The notes under the pieces were generated by a model that was not told the origin of the DNA, did no database searches, and saw only the letters and a list, made by a program, of their open reading frames with translations. Made by a program: the position numbers and the translations under genes. Below, in pieces: positions 44,771-57,247 of a stretch of 64,000 nucleotides of DNA (position 1 is its first letter; each line of letters opens with the position of its first letter). Source of the DNA: the human T2T-CHM13v2.0 reference genome, Homo sapiens; the NCBI RefSeq assembly GCF_009914755.1, contig NC_060933.1, one strand, 5' to 3'.

Positions 44771-44883
44771 GTGAATACTGGGTCGATCCTAACCAAGGAT
44801 GCTCCAGGGATTCCTTCAAGGTTTACTGCAACTTCACAGCCGGGGGGTCGACATGCGTCTTCCCTGACAAGAAGTCCGAAGGG
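44771..44883 (+). CDS. COL5A1: exon 63 (113 nt) (G)[37 protein letters not shown]
   Basis: tccag/...ggg/gtgagt; COLFI GEYWxDPNQGC motif; NFT sequon. Confidence 0.98.
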
Positions 44884-45471
44884 GTGAGTAGCTGTGTCCC
44901 TCCATGGCCCCAGCGGGGCAGGCGTCACAGACAGGGCCATGCCGAGGGCTTCAAGCATTTCTTGTATATGCAGCTTTAAGACTGAAAGCCAGAAATGAAT
45001 CTGTTTCATCAGTGAAACTGTTCTTTCAGAAGTAGACCTGAAATTGTTTTAAGAAATTTTTTAGTAATAAAATAGGTTTGTGCAGCCCGGGGTCAGGAAG
45101 GGTTGGAGGGCTTTCCACCTGGCATCCTGCCGTCCCAGGGCTGGGACTTCACTCACTGGTTGATAAAAGCTTTTCTCCGGTGACTCAGTGGTCCCACTGA
45201 CCTGAGACCCCCATTAAAACCCTTTAAAGGAATTGGGAGCAGGTATAATAACGTGAGCCTGAGACATCTTCCGGAAGCTGCCCTTTGCCTCAATTCTTAT
45301 TATCCAGCCTGTTTCTGTGGGTTGGCCCCGGTCCCTCCTGAGTGCTTTGTTTTGAAGTCTGTTTAGTGAAGAATTCGGGGTGGGGAGCTGGGCTCTGTTG
45401 AGATTTTGTGGCATGTCACTTAAATACCCACCTCTGTGGCCTTTCGGAGGCCTCAGTGCTGTAGCAGGAGT

Positions 45472-45912
45472 TTGTGTGCATGTGGATGGTGTGTGGGCAC
45501 ATGTGGATGAGTGTGTGGATGGGTGTGTGAATGGTGTGTGTGTGTGTGTAGATGCTGTGTGGATGGTTTTGTAGTTGGGGTGTATGTGGATGGTGTGTGT
45601 GTAGATGGCATGTGGATGATGTGTGGGTGCATGTGGCTGGTGTGTGGGTGTGTGGGTGGTGGATGGGTGTGTGTATGGGTGGTGGATGGGTGCGTGTGGC
45701 TGGTATGTGGGGGTGTGTGCGTGTATGGTGTGTGGGTGTGTACATGGTGTTCGGGTGTGTGTGGCTGGTGTGTGGGTGTGTAGATGGTGTTTGGGTACTT
45801 GTGGCTGGTGCAGGTGTGTGGGTGTGTGGCTGGTGTGTGGATGTGTATATGGTGTGTGGGTGTGTGTGGCTGGTGTATGTGGGTGCATGTGGCTGGCATG
45901 TGCATGCATGTA
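45472..45912 (+). repeat. (TG/TGG)n repeat in intron 63
   Basis: direct reading. Confidence 0.92.
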
Positions 45913-47440
45913 GACGGGCGCGTGTTGCTATCCCTCAAGCATGCACCTGAGGCAGGTCCAGCCTTGGCCCAGGCGAGGACTGAGTCTCCCTGTTGCTCCT
46001 GGAAGGTGACCAAGCCTGCAGCTCTCGTGCCCCTGCATCAGCTTGAACGGCCGCTCCTTCATGAGCTCGCAGTTGTCGCGTGGCCCCAGGCAAAGGCCGC
46101 CCATTTCTGGGGCCGCAGCGGTTTGCTGTGCAGGTCCAGACCTGTGCGCCCCTGCAGCCTCTGCTTCCTAACAACCTCAGTGCCCCAGAAGCAGTTTCCT
46201 GCCAGGGGAAGAGCAGCTACGTTCTCCCCAGGGACCGCCATCCCCTTACCCCTCAATCACGCCCTGACCGTGCTGAGCTCAGTAGCCACTTTGGGTTAGG
46301 AGCCCACTGGCTGCAGTGGAGGCTGCACATGGCTGGAGATCTGTGGGGCTCCAAGTGCAGGGGTCCCCTCCCCCACCTGAAGTTTTAACTCCTTGAGAAC
46401 CTGCCTTCCTAGTGACAAACCCTGTTCAGAGAGAATCCAAACACGGGGGCCTTCCATCTCGGCTCTCGTTTCCCTCAGTCTGGCCAGAGGCCCCGCGTGG
46501 AATTCCCTTAGAAAAGAGGTTTCTCGGCCCTCCTTCGCGGCCTGCCTCTGCAAATGGGTGGCCTTGCCGCTGTGGAAATCACGGGCCAGACTCCTCCAAA
46601 CTCAGAGGTTTCCTGGGAAGCCGCGGCTGGTGTTCACGGCACAGCAGCGTGGGGCTGCTGAGCGACCCCAGGCTCCCCCAGTGTTGACCAGCCAGGCGTC
46701 CACAGGCTGCAGCCTCGGGCCTGGGCTACAGCTGCTTGGCCAAGGGCAAGTGGAGACGCTTTCCGAGGTGGCCCCCTTGGACCCGGAGGAGGCTCACAGC
46801 AGAGGCTGGGGGAGCCCGCGCTTGCCCACATCCCGGGACTCTTCCAGGAAGAAGCTGCCTTCACGCCGCCTGGGCTTGGCATTGACAGTGGCAGATTTGG
46901 AAACGAGAGAGGGTGGGAGAGCTCTGGGTGGCGTGAGAGGCAGATGGGACACCCCTTTCCTCCAGGGGATCCCCTTTTCTGGCCTTCTTGGCACAAGGCC
47001 AGCTCAAGAAGAAGGCTGGGGGGATCAGCCAGGGATCAGTCTTCTGTGTCCTCATGGCGCACAACGTGAGCCCCAGTCAGTCCAGGCTGGGGACAGGCCG
47101 GCCCTGGGGGCCCTTCCACTCCACGCCTGCAGCAAGTGCACCCTCAGGCAGCCGGGGCTCCCCTTGTCCTGTTTTTGGGACCCAGCGTGCAGGTCTCCCC
47201 TCAGAGGAATGGCTGCTCACCCACCCATCCATCCGTGGCGTCACTGAGGCCTGCCCTGCTGGGCCCAGCCTGTGTGTCTGCAGCCTCGGCCTCTGTGGAA
47301 AGCAGGCCTCAGGTGGGAGCCCTCCCAGGAAGCGGGCACAAGTAGTGCCCCATGGCAGCGTGAGCTGGCTGCACATGATCCAGGCAGGCAGCCGAGGAGC
47401 AGCCCTCACCCGCACACGTCTCAGTCCCCAGGAAGGTTCT

Positions 47441-48120
47441 ACCACACACACACACACACGCAGATGCACACTACACACCACACGCACAGATACAGGCCAC
47501 ACACCACACATACCACACAGATACACGATACACATACCACACACCACAGAGATACACACCACACACACAATACACACCACATATACCACACCACACATCA
47601 CACAGATACACACCATACACCACACACATACCACACACACGATAAACACCACACATACCACACAGATACACATCACACACAACATGCACCACACATACCA
47701 CACAGATACATACTACACCCACACACACGATATACACCACACATCACATACCACACACCACACAGACACACCCATAATGCGCCATACACACCACACATAC
47801 CACATACCACACATAGATACGCATCACACATCAGACACAGATACCACACACCACGCACATGATACATACCACACATCACAGATACACACCATACACAGAC
47901 ATTACACACAGATACCACACACACACACCACACATCACACAGATACACCCATAACACACTACACACACACCACACATCACACACAGACCACACATTATAC
48001 CACACACACAGCATACACAGATACACACCACTCATCACACACACAGATGCGTACCACACACCATACCCTTCACACAGACATACCCCCCACACCATGCACG
48101 CACACACACACACGCACACA
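47441..48120 (+). repeat. (CA/CCA)n repeat in intron 63
   Basis: direct reading. Confidence 0.92.
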
Positions 48121-48221
48121 GTCTGGTGCCGCAGCAGCCAGGCAAGGCTGTGAGGATGGGATGAGGATGCCCCACCCCTCGCCTGCAGTAAATGCTGGCT
48201 TTTATTACCATTCCCTTGGTC

Positions 48222-48350
48222 CATCATTCATTCATTCATTCATTCGTTCATTCCCTCCCTCAGTGAGCGTTTCCAGCAGTGACTGAGCACCAGGCGCTGG
48301 CCTGGGGCCTAACATGCAAAACGAGAGGCAGAGCGCACCCTTCCTGGGCA
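48222..48350 (-). mobile_element. L2 3' end fragment with (CATT)n tail
   Basis: cattcattcattc followed by degenerate antisense L2 terminus. Confidence 0.5.
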
Positions 48351-48363
48351 GCAGCAGGGGCTG

Positions 48364-48925
48364 GAGGGCTGGGGCCAGGCTCCTCACACGGCCTCCAGTC
48401 TCTCCGAGGGCTGGGGCCAGGCTCCTCACACGGCCTCCAGTCTCCCTGAGGGCTGGGGCCAGGCTCATCCTCACGCGGCCTCCGGTCTCCCCGAGGGCCC
48501 GGGTCAGGCTCCTCACGCAGCCTCCGGTCTCCCTGAGGGCTGGGGCCAGGCTCATCCTCACACGGCCTCCGGTCTCCCCGAGGGCCCAGGCCGGGCTCCT
48601 CACGCAGCCTCCAGTCTCCCCGAGGGCTGGGGCCAGGCTCCTCCTCATGCAGCCTCCGGTCTCCCCGAGGGCCCAGGCCGGGCTCCTCACGTGGCCTCCC
48701 TAAGGGCCGGGGCCAGGCTCATCCTCACGCGGCCTCCAGTCTCCCCGAGGGCCCCGGCCAGGCTCATCCTCACATGGCCTTCAGTCTCCCCAAGGGCTGG
48801 GGCCAGGCTCCTCACGTGGCCTCTAGTCTCCCTCAAGGCCCAGGCCAGGCTCATCCCCCCAAGGACCTGGGCCGGGCTCATTCTCCTGTGACCTCCAGTC
48901 TCCCCAAAAGGGCCGGGGCCCTCAG
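48364..48925 (+). repeat. GC-rich minisatellite, ~13 units of mostly 42/45 bp
   Basis: units at 48364, 48406, 48448, 48493, 48535, 48580, 48622, 48667, 48702, 48747, 48792, 48834, ~48861. Confidence 0.95.
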
Positions 48926-49082
48926 GCTGCACTGAAGGCGCTCGGTGGGTCCTCCCTGCAGCCCCCCGGCGTGAGGATGCAGGCGCGGGGGCCGGGAAAG
49001 CCTGGGGCCTTGCTCTGGAGGCCGGAGAAGTAACCCTTTTGTTCTGTTTCTCTCCCTCCCCACCTCCCCGCTGCATGTTTAG

Positions 49083-49151
49083 GCCAGAATCACTTCTTGG
49101 CCCAAAGAAAACCCGGGCTCCTGGTTCAGTGAATTCAAGCGTGGGAAACTG
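49083..49151 (+). CDS. COL5A1: exon 64A (69 nt, mutually exclusive) [23 protein letters not shown]
   Basis: tttag/...ctg/gtaagg; matches the canonical isoform as recalled. Confidence 0.96.
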
Positions 49152-49214
49152 GTAAGGTGGCCTCTGGCGTCTTTGCGGTTGTCACTTTAAACCCGCCCAT
49201 CTCGTATCTTACAG

Positions 49215-49283
49215 AGTAAAATGGCCCGCTGGCCCAAAGAGCAGCCTTCCACCTGGTATAGTCAGTACAAGCGGGGGTCCCTG
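49215..49283 (+). CDS. COL5A1: exon 64B (69 nt, mutually exclusive) SKMARWPKEQPSTWYSQYKRGSL
   Basis: tacag/...ctg/gtaagt; same length and phase as 64A, 11/23 aa identical. Confidence 0.94.
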
Positions 49284-51089
49284 GTAAGTGGCCACCTCGG
49301 CCCGGCCACCTCGGCACTGCCTGCTTGCGGCACGGCTGGCTCGCGGCTCTGCATGGCACCCATCGCTGCCATGTGTGCCACACCGCTCTTGCCAAACCGC
49401 TCCACATCACGTGACAGCAAGACTCAGCTAGGTGTGGAGTCCTCTCCCCAGCCCCCGCCACCCTGACAAGAGTGTGTTTCTGCCTGGAGTAGGCAGATGG
49501 TTTTCCGTTTCTGTGTAGGGCGCGCAGAGCTGGGTGTGGGCCCCAGCCTGAGCTGATCCTCTGCCCACAGATGGTGCAGCCCCAGGCACCTGAGCACTGA
49601 GGTCAGACGCTCCAGAAGCAGGAGCGCTTTCACTGTGTCTGATGGCAGGGCAGAGGACACAGATCCCAGACCACTTAAGCCATTCAGAGCTCCTTCTAGG
49701 ACCTGCACCACGGATCCCCTCTCCCCAGCTGCTCAGGGCTGAGGGCTGTCTCTCTGCCCACCGGGCTGCAGATTCCCAGTTACACTGCACACCACTGTAC
49801 GAGTCACGTTTTCACTTTTGGGGATCGAGTCTTACAGAATCCATCCCTGAAAGGAAACGACATTGGCCTCCCAGGAAAGAACCACATAGGAGGTTCTTCT
49901 GGCCGGTGTAGTGCCCAAGAGCCAGTTTGGACACATTGATGTGAGGACAGCGGCTGCTTCTGCCGCGTGGAGTGCCCCTAGGAACCCCACCGGAGTTTGA
50001 TTTGGGCCCTCTCCTGGAATGAAGAGCAGAGTTCTGTCTTTTCTCCCAGCAAGTTAAAGGACCAAGGTTCCAGAACACAAGACGGGTTCCGGGTGTCATT
50101 TATGGCCCAGATTCTCCTTTCCCTCCCTTCTTGGGATCCAGTGGCCCCACTCCCAGGTGGTCCTCAAAGGAGGGCCTTGCTCTCAGAAGGCAGCCCGTGG
50201 GTTCTGCGGCTTGTAGCCTGACCACTTGCCATGGGTTGCTGCACCCTGGCACCAGCCCCAGCCTCCCTGGGTGGACACAGAGCACTGGCCCTGAGCCGCC
50301 TTTGCCCTGTCTGCACCTCTGAAGCCCCTCGTCTCATAACCTGAAGGCATTCACAGCTGATTATTCATCTCTCGTGCCCTCATTGTTGTTGGTTTGAAAT
50401 CATATACCAGCTCCTTTGCAGACACTCCGAGGGTCTGTGCTCACCGTGGCTGTGTTTCTGGAGGCTTCCCGTTTTGTGGTTTGCTGTGGACTTGCAGTCC
50501 TCTCCTCCTTTCCTCTCCTGCTTTTCCTTTTCCCCGCCTCCTCTGTGCTGTGTTCCAAAAAGAGCTGCTGGCATACAGAAGGACCTGAAACACCCGGGGA
50601 CAGGGAGGGCCCGGGACCAGGGCTGCTTGGCCCGGAGGGACAGAGCGTAGGGGATGCTGATGTGTGGGATCAGGCAAGGAAGGGGCCCTGGGGGTGAAGC
50701 TGCTGGGGGCCGAGGTGGCAGGGTCCATTCTGCAGTCTTGCGGGTAGTTACCGCCTGCGCTTGGCACTGCCCTCTCCCCGCAATGACAGCTCTCAGCCTC
50801 CAAAAAGAGCCTCTCACAGCATCCTCCAAAATGGGAAAAGCAGAAAGAGCCTATTTTCCTCGCTTGGAGGAAATGGCTGTGAAACCTCATTTGCAGCCTT
50901 CAGCCCGAGTAGCCCATTTCCACCTCTCGTCCTGTTCCACAGAGAGTTAATGAAGGTTGGGGTGAAGGGACGACCCAGGGAACACATCAGCTTACTTTAG
51001 GATCTTTCCACGGCCTTATTTCTAGCTCTGTGAATATCATACGTGGACAAGAGGTAGATGGGGGCCTCTCAAAGATACCCAGATTTTTC

Positions 51090-51627
<538 letters not shown>

Positions 51628-53589
51628 TCACCGTGGGACCCTGGGGTTCCAATGCAGGGCAGCGTGCCCCATGCCCCGGGCCCCCCTGCTGCCCCATGGG
51701 CACTGGGGGCTTCAGGTCCTTCTGTGTCCGGTGCTGCCCACCGCCGCTCCCTGTGGTGCACACTCTTCCTCGAGTCAGTCACGTTCCCTCCCAGAAGGAG
51801 CGCCGGACGGCCCAGCCTGTCGGTTGGTATTCACTTTTCCTCCTCAAGGTTTGCCCGTAAGGTTCTCGTGGCTGCGTCTGAAAGCGTGGAGTTCGCCGAT
51901 AGCCCTGGGGCTGCAGCGTGTTCCCTCGCCCCTGGGAAGGCCCAGGCCCCAGGCCAGCTGCTCACTTTGGGCTTTTTCTAGTGGCATCTGTTGAAAAAGT
52001 GGGTCCTGCAGTGTGTTCACCCTCTTCCCACTCCCGGTGCCCAAACACTCTTGGCAATACTGAAGTCAGTTCCCTTCCTCTGTTCAATGGGGCTCTTTCG
52101 GAGCAGGCCAGAGGCAGGGTCCAAAACACACCACCACGAGGCAGCGGTTGCATAGGAGTGGGCAGAGCAGGTCTCAGGTGCTGGCTTTAGCCTGCTTCAT
52201 TCCCTGATGCTGCAAACAGGACAGGCTGCCCTGCCCAGCCAGGCCTTCCCTGCAGAGAGGGTCCTTCAAGGTCCTGCCTAGGCCAGGAGAGATGTGTGCT
52301 TCATTTCGGGGAGCTAAGATGCATCGATGTCCCCTGGAAGTGTCAGGTTTTTCAGAAACCTTGAGTTGGCAACAGAGATGCAACAGTGAGATGCATCATG
52401 GCTCAGGATGCCCTGCAAGGGCCTTGCACCTGGTGGAGCTGAGCAGCCCAGTCCTGGATACCCAGCTAGTGATGCTGGAGAGGCCACCTAAGAAGCTGCA
52501 CATTGTCCTCTGATGCCTTCCCTGGATTTGTGCAGAGACTGGGAGGGCTTTCAGGGAGGATCAGTGTCATCAGAGTCCCGGGCTGACCTTTGGCACAGGC
52601 AGGGCAGGCAGATGGAGCCACTCCTGTCTCAGGAAGCCTGCTCACTGCCCTGAGGAGACGCTTCTGGGAAGGGGAGGAGTGGTCTTTCTTGAGTGGCCAT
52701 GCCAGACATCATCCGGGACCCCTGTGCCTCCAGGAGGATCCCCGGTCACCCCAGCCATCTGCACAGCCCTGACCCTCCCTCAGGCTCGCCTCCCCTGAGC
52801 ACCTCACTACAGCTGGCCCGCTCACTCCCCGAGGCCTCGTGCCCCGTGGCTCCAGCTGCTCACAGTCTCCCTGGCCAGGGCCTTGTACATCCTGGGCACC
52901 CAGCAGATGGTCGTTTGTTCACATAATCTTGTGAGCACCTTCCTTTGCTGGTGTTGGAGCATGATGATAGGGACAGGGGGCCAGAGCTGGAGTGGAGGGA
53001 CATCGGGAGGGCTGGGATACAGATCAGGGTCCCTAAGCCAGCCCTAGAGGCTGGAGGTGGGGAGGAGCCTTCCCTAGGAGCAGTGGTCTAGGCTGTGACC
53101 CAAAGGACAGCAGTGGGGGCACCTCCTGCCAGGTGGGGAGTGTCCCAGGCCGAGGGAGGAGCCGTGCAGTGGCTCAGGGGCAGAAGGAGGACACCTGCTG
53201 TCCAGGGCTCAGGGAGAAGTGTGGTGCAGCTGGGAGGGGGCTCTAAGACCTCCTCCTCTCACCCCCAGGGAACCTAATGCCCCTCTCTGGCCCTGCACCC
53301 CTCTACTCAGGGGAAACCAGGGCTCGCCTGCTGCTCCAGGTGCCCCGACCCAGCGATCGGGTGCAGAGCTCTGCGTTTCAGGAATGAGAGGCAGGTCTTC
53401 ATGCAAGCCATATTTTTGAGAATGGTTCTCTGTTCACTCAACACATACAAACCTGGCAGACCCAGATCACCATCTGGGATGGAGGCACCCAGGTGGCAGA
53501 AGGGGAGAAGAACTGTGGGTGGACGTGCAGGGAGAGCAGCTGCAGCTGGCACTGCAGTGGGTGCTGGCCCAGGAGACACTGGCTGCCGT

Positions 53590-53900
53590 TCACCATGCAG
53601 CAAAGCTTTATCAAGCGCACACTGGGCAGCCATGGGGCGGGTACCACGGCCAGTAACGAGCAAGAAGGATGCCATCCTGCCCTCTCTGAACTTATAGTCT
53701 GCTAGGGAAGACAGACACTGTGACAAACTAAGGTTGGGGAGGGCAGCCACAGAGTAGGTGCAGGAGCATCTATTCTGGGTAGGCTTCCTGGAGGAGGCAG
53801 CACAGGTGCCGAGCCCTGAAGGATAAGCATAAGCCAAGAGAAGTGGGTGGATTATTTAAGGCCCTGAAGGACATGAGGCATGGTTCCCTTTGTTCCTGGG
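53590..53900 (-). mobile_element. L2 fragment
   Basis: cctgccctc...cttatagtct...gggaagacagaca...aggcttcctggaggagg. Confidence 0.6.
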
Positions 53901-54053
53901 AACACGCAAGAGAGCCCATGTGCGCTGGCCTCGGCCGGGTCTGTGGGTACAGTGCGTTTCCAGGTAGTTCCCCCGAGAAGACCACAGTGTGAGTGAAGCC
54001 CAGGGCAGTGCGGACGTGGGGCTTTGTTGCTGTGTGTGTCCCCACCCTGCTGA

Positions 54054-54416
<363 letters not shown>

Positions 54417-55204
54417 TGAGGGCCCCGGACCAGACTCTCGCCCCAGGCAGCCCCACAGTTGCAGGGAGACTAGGAATCCCAGGCCTATGCAGCTGGAGCT
54501 CCGGGAACTTGGGAGAGTTCTGTGGGTTAGGATGGGAAATCTGAGACCTGGCCGGAAAAGCCAGGGGCGTGGGTCCCTCGCCCCATCCAGGGCTGTGGCG
54601 TGGAGTGAGGAATGGAGGACCCGTTGTGGTTCCAGTTTGGAGCTGGGAGCCTCCCTCTCCTTGGACAGGGCTCTTCTGGGAGTGGCCAGAACTAAGCTGG
54701 GCCTGTTCCCGAGAGCACGGCCGTCTGGAAACACTGCAGACAGTTGCCAGCTCTCCGGACAGCCCGGCCCATGGGCCCTCTCCATGTGGGGAGAGCTGTT
54801 CTGGTCCCAGACAAGGGAATGGAGGCCGGAGCGGCGGGAGGCTTGCTGAGACCTCACGGGCAGTCAGGGCTGGTATTGGCGCTCATACCCATGGGCCTTC
54901 CCACATGCACGCCTTTCCCCTCCCTACTCAGTGAGCTGGGCTCACCTCCGCTAAGGTCCCCTTGAGACTGCCAGGGCCATCGCACAGGTCTGGGATGTGC
55001 CCGCGTGTCCTGGAGGTGTTTAGGGTGCAGCTGTGCCCCAAGAGCCCAGGCCTGCGGGAGCCTCAGACATGTCCCCCTCGTGTGGCCTTTTAGAGGCTGG
55101 AGGTGGGAATCGCTGAGAATTCCAGCCTGTGGGTCTTCCTGTCACTGACATTGGAGCCTGTTCTCTCCACCACTTATTCTTGAGAGACCTGCGGAAAGCA
55201 GCCC

Positions 55205-55592
55205 TTAGCGCCTCGCTCCTTTAGTGTTTGTAGAAAGGCACGCCTGAGGCCGGGTAAACGGGAAGCGGTTTACTCCGCTCCCAGCTCTGCAGGCTGTCCA
55301 GGAATCGTTGTGTGGTGCCAGCATCTGCGTCCAGTGATGGCCCCAGGCTGCTTCCAGTCTTGGGAAGGTGAAGGGGCCAGTGTGTGGAATGCACAGGAGA
55401 GAGGAAGCGAGGGGGTGCCAGGCCCTTTTTAACAATCAGCTCTCATGGGAACTAGTAGAGTGAGAACTCACTCATTACCCCGAGGGCAGCACCAAGCCCC
55501 GTGACCCAGACGCCTCCCACCAGGCCCACCTCCAACACTGGGACCACATTTCAACCTGAGATTTGGAAGGGATGAAGGTCCAAGCCATGGCA
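55205..55592 (-). mobile_element. MST-type MaLR solo LTR
   Basis: tttttaacaatcagctctc...gagtgagaactcactcattacc...cctcccaccaggcccacctccaacactggg...tttcaacctgagatttgg. Confidence 0.8.
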
Positions 55593-56929
55593 CCGGCCCA
55601 GGCCAGCTCCTGAGGGGAACAGGGCCGGCGTTAGGGCCGGCCCTGCAGGGTGCCCTCTTCTGAGCAACACGGATGGGTCCTCAGTGTGAGGCCTGGGCAG
55701 GCAGGAAAGCCAGAGGGTGGTGCCGACTGAGAGTGCAAGGCCTGTCTGTAGCCCTGGGAGCAGAGTGGACCTGGGTTCCAATCCCGCCTCCCCCTGCCCA
55801 GCATCGCTGCGGAGCACCTGGCCCTCACCCATAGGACGCTCAGCTCCTTTTCTCTGCTGCCCAAGGGCTGCACTGAGGGTTAAAGCTGTGTCTCCCAGGG
55901 CCATCCCGCGGCCAGGCCGTGCTCAGCGGGGGCCGCCCTCACCAGGAGTGCTCACCTCTCCTCCCGGCTGCTACTGCCTTCTGCGATTGGTTGGGGTCAG
56001 TACTTCGGATCTGACTGTGGAATATGCAGAACTCATCCCTGTGTAAGGTTGATGGATCCAGATCCCTGGAAAGAGGCATTTAAAAATGCCAGGGACCTTA
56101 CCCGTCCTCCCCAAATGAGTATAACATAGCACCTGCCTCACAGGGCTTTCTGGGGAGCATGTCAAACCATGCCTTTAGAGCTCGGAATCGTGTCTGACCC
56201 ACTGCAAGCCCTGGATGAGCAGCCAGTTCCTGTGAATATTTTTAGATAACATGGACCACAAATGTAAGGCAGTAAACATGGAGGTGAAGAGAAATCAGGA
56301 ACCCTGTAAAGGCGAGGCAGGACCTGGAGGGACAGCCTCCTGAGTTTGGCTTTGAGCTTCCTGGCTTCCATGGCAAAAAGGGAAACTAGCTGGCCCAGTG
56401 GGTATTGTCTGGTAAAGGGAGAGGAACAGCTTTCCAGAGAGGGGAATGTTCCCTGGAAGACAATGCTAGAAAGATGGATCCCACGAAGGACCCTTGGAGG
56501 TTAAAGGGCAGGCCAGACCCCTGCTCCCTAATCTGGCTAAGAGAGGCTTCTGCTGCTTTTAAGACCTTCCTGGAAGATCCAACTTCTTCCATCCCAGTTC
56601 CTCTTGAAGCTCCTGCCCCTACTCATTCCATCAGCAAAGCCCACTTCTGCGAGGTCCCAGAAGTCTTCGGCAATGCTTTCTGACTCAGAACCTGACTTCC
56701 TGGCTCCACCTGCATCCTGGGATAGGGTCAAGCTGGGATCATTTAAATTCCACAAGCAGAGAGGGCTCTTGCTCAGCCCAGTGTCTCCCGGTGATGAGGG
56801 TGTGCTGTTGGCATCTGGGGAAGTGTGGCCATTGGTTTGCAAGACATTCCACTTTGCCAGTCTCGGGTGTGCCAAACGCCTCCAGAAACACTCCCCACGT
56901 CCGAATGCGAACCACCAATACAAGTGTTC

Positions 56930-57025
56930 CCTTCTTTCTACATACGCAAAACCTGAGGCCCAGAGAGTTACGGCGACTCGCCCAAGGTCTCCAGGTGTGA
57001 CAGAGCTGAGGCTCCTAATTCCCAC
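56930..57025 (-). mobile_element. MIR fragment
   Basis: ctgaggcccagagagtta...gactcgcccaaggtc. Confidence 0.6.
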
Positions 57026-57247
57026 TGCAGCATTCTTCTCACCATAGCCCCTTCCTGGCATAGCTGCACCTTGAATACCTCAGTTGACAGTGATCTCACT
57101 ACCTCCTGAGACAGCCCAGGCCATGGCTGCAGAGTCTCAGGATGAGGAAGCTCTTCCGAGAACTGGGCTCAAGTCTACTTGTACTATCCGCCCATCGCCT
57201 CCTGGGTCTGGTCCCGTCAGCCATGCAGAGGGAACCGGGTTCAAGAG

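Noticed and set aside
46393-47247. 284-aa ORF in intron 63
   Set aside because: Non-ATG start, GC-rich low-information composition, no recognisable domain
46988-48286. 432-aa His/Thr-rich ORF
   Set aside because: Read-through of the CA-rich repeat in intron 63
48232-49076. Repetitive ORFs on both strands and a CRISPR-like look
   Set aside because: Minisatellite with unit lengths mostly divisible by 3; no unique spacers, no cas genes, eukaryotic intron
49215-49283. Exon 64B as a novel exon or pseudo-exon
   Set aside because: Intact splice sites and frame; the 64A/64B alternative splicing is already described, so only its control is proposed as new
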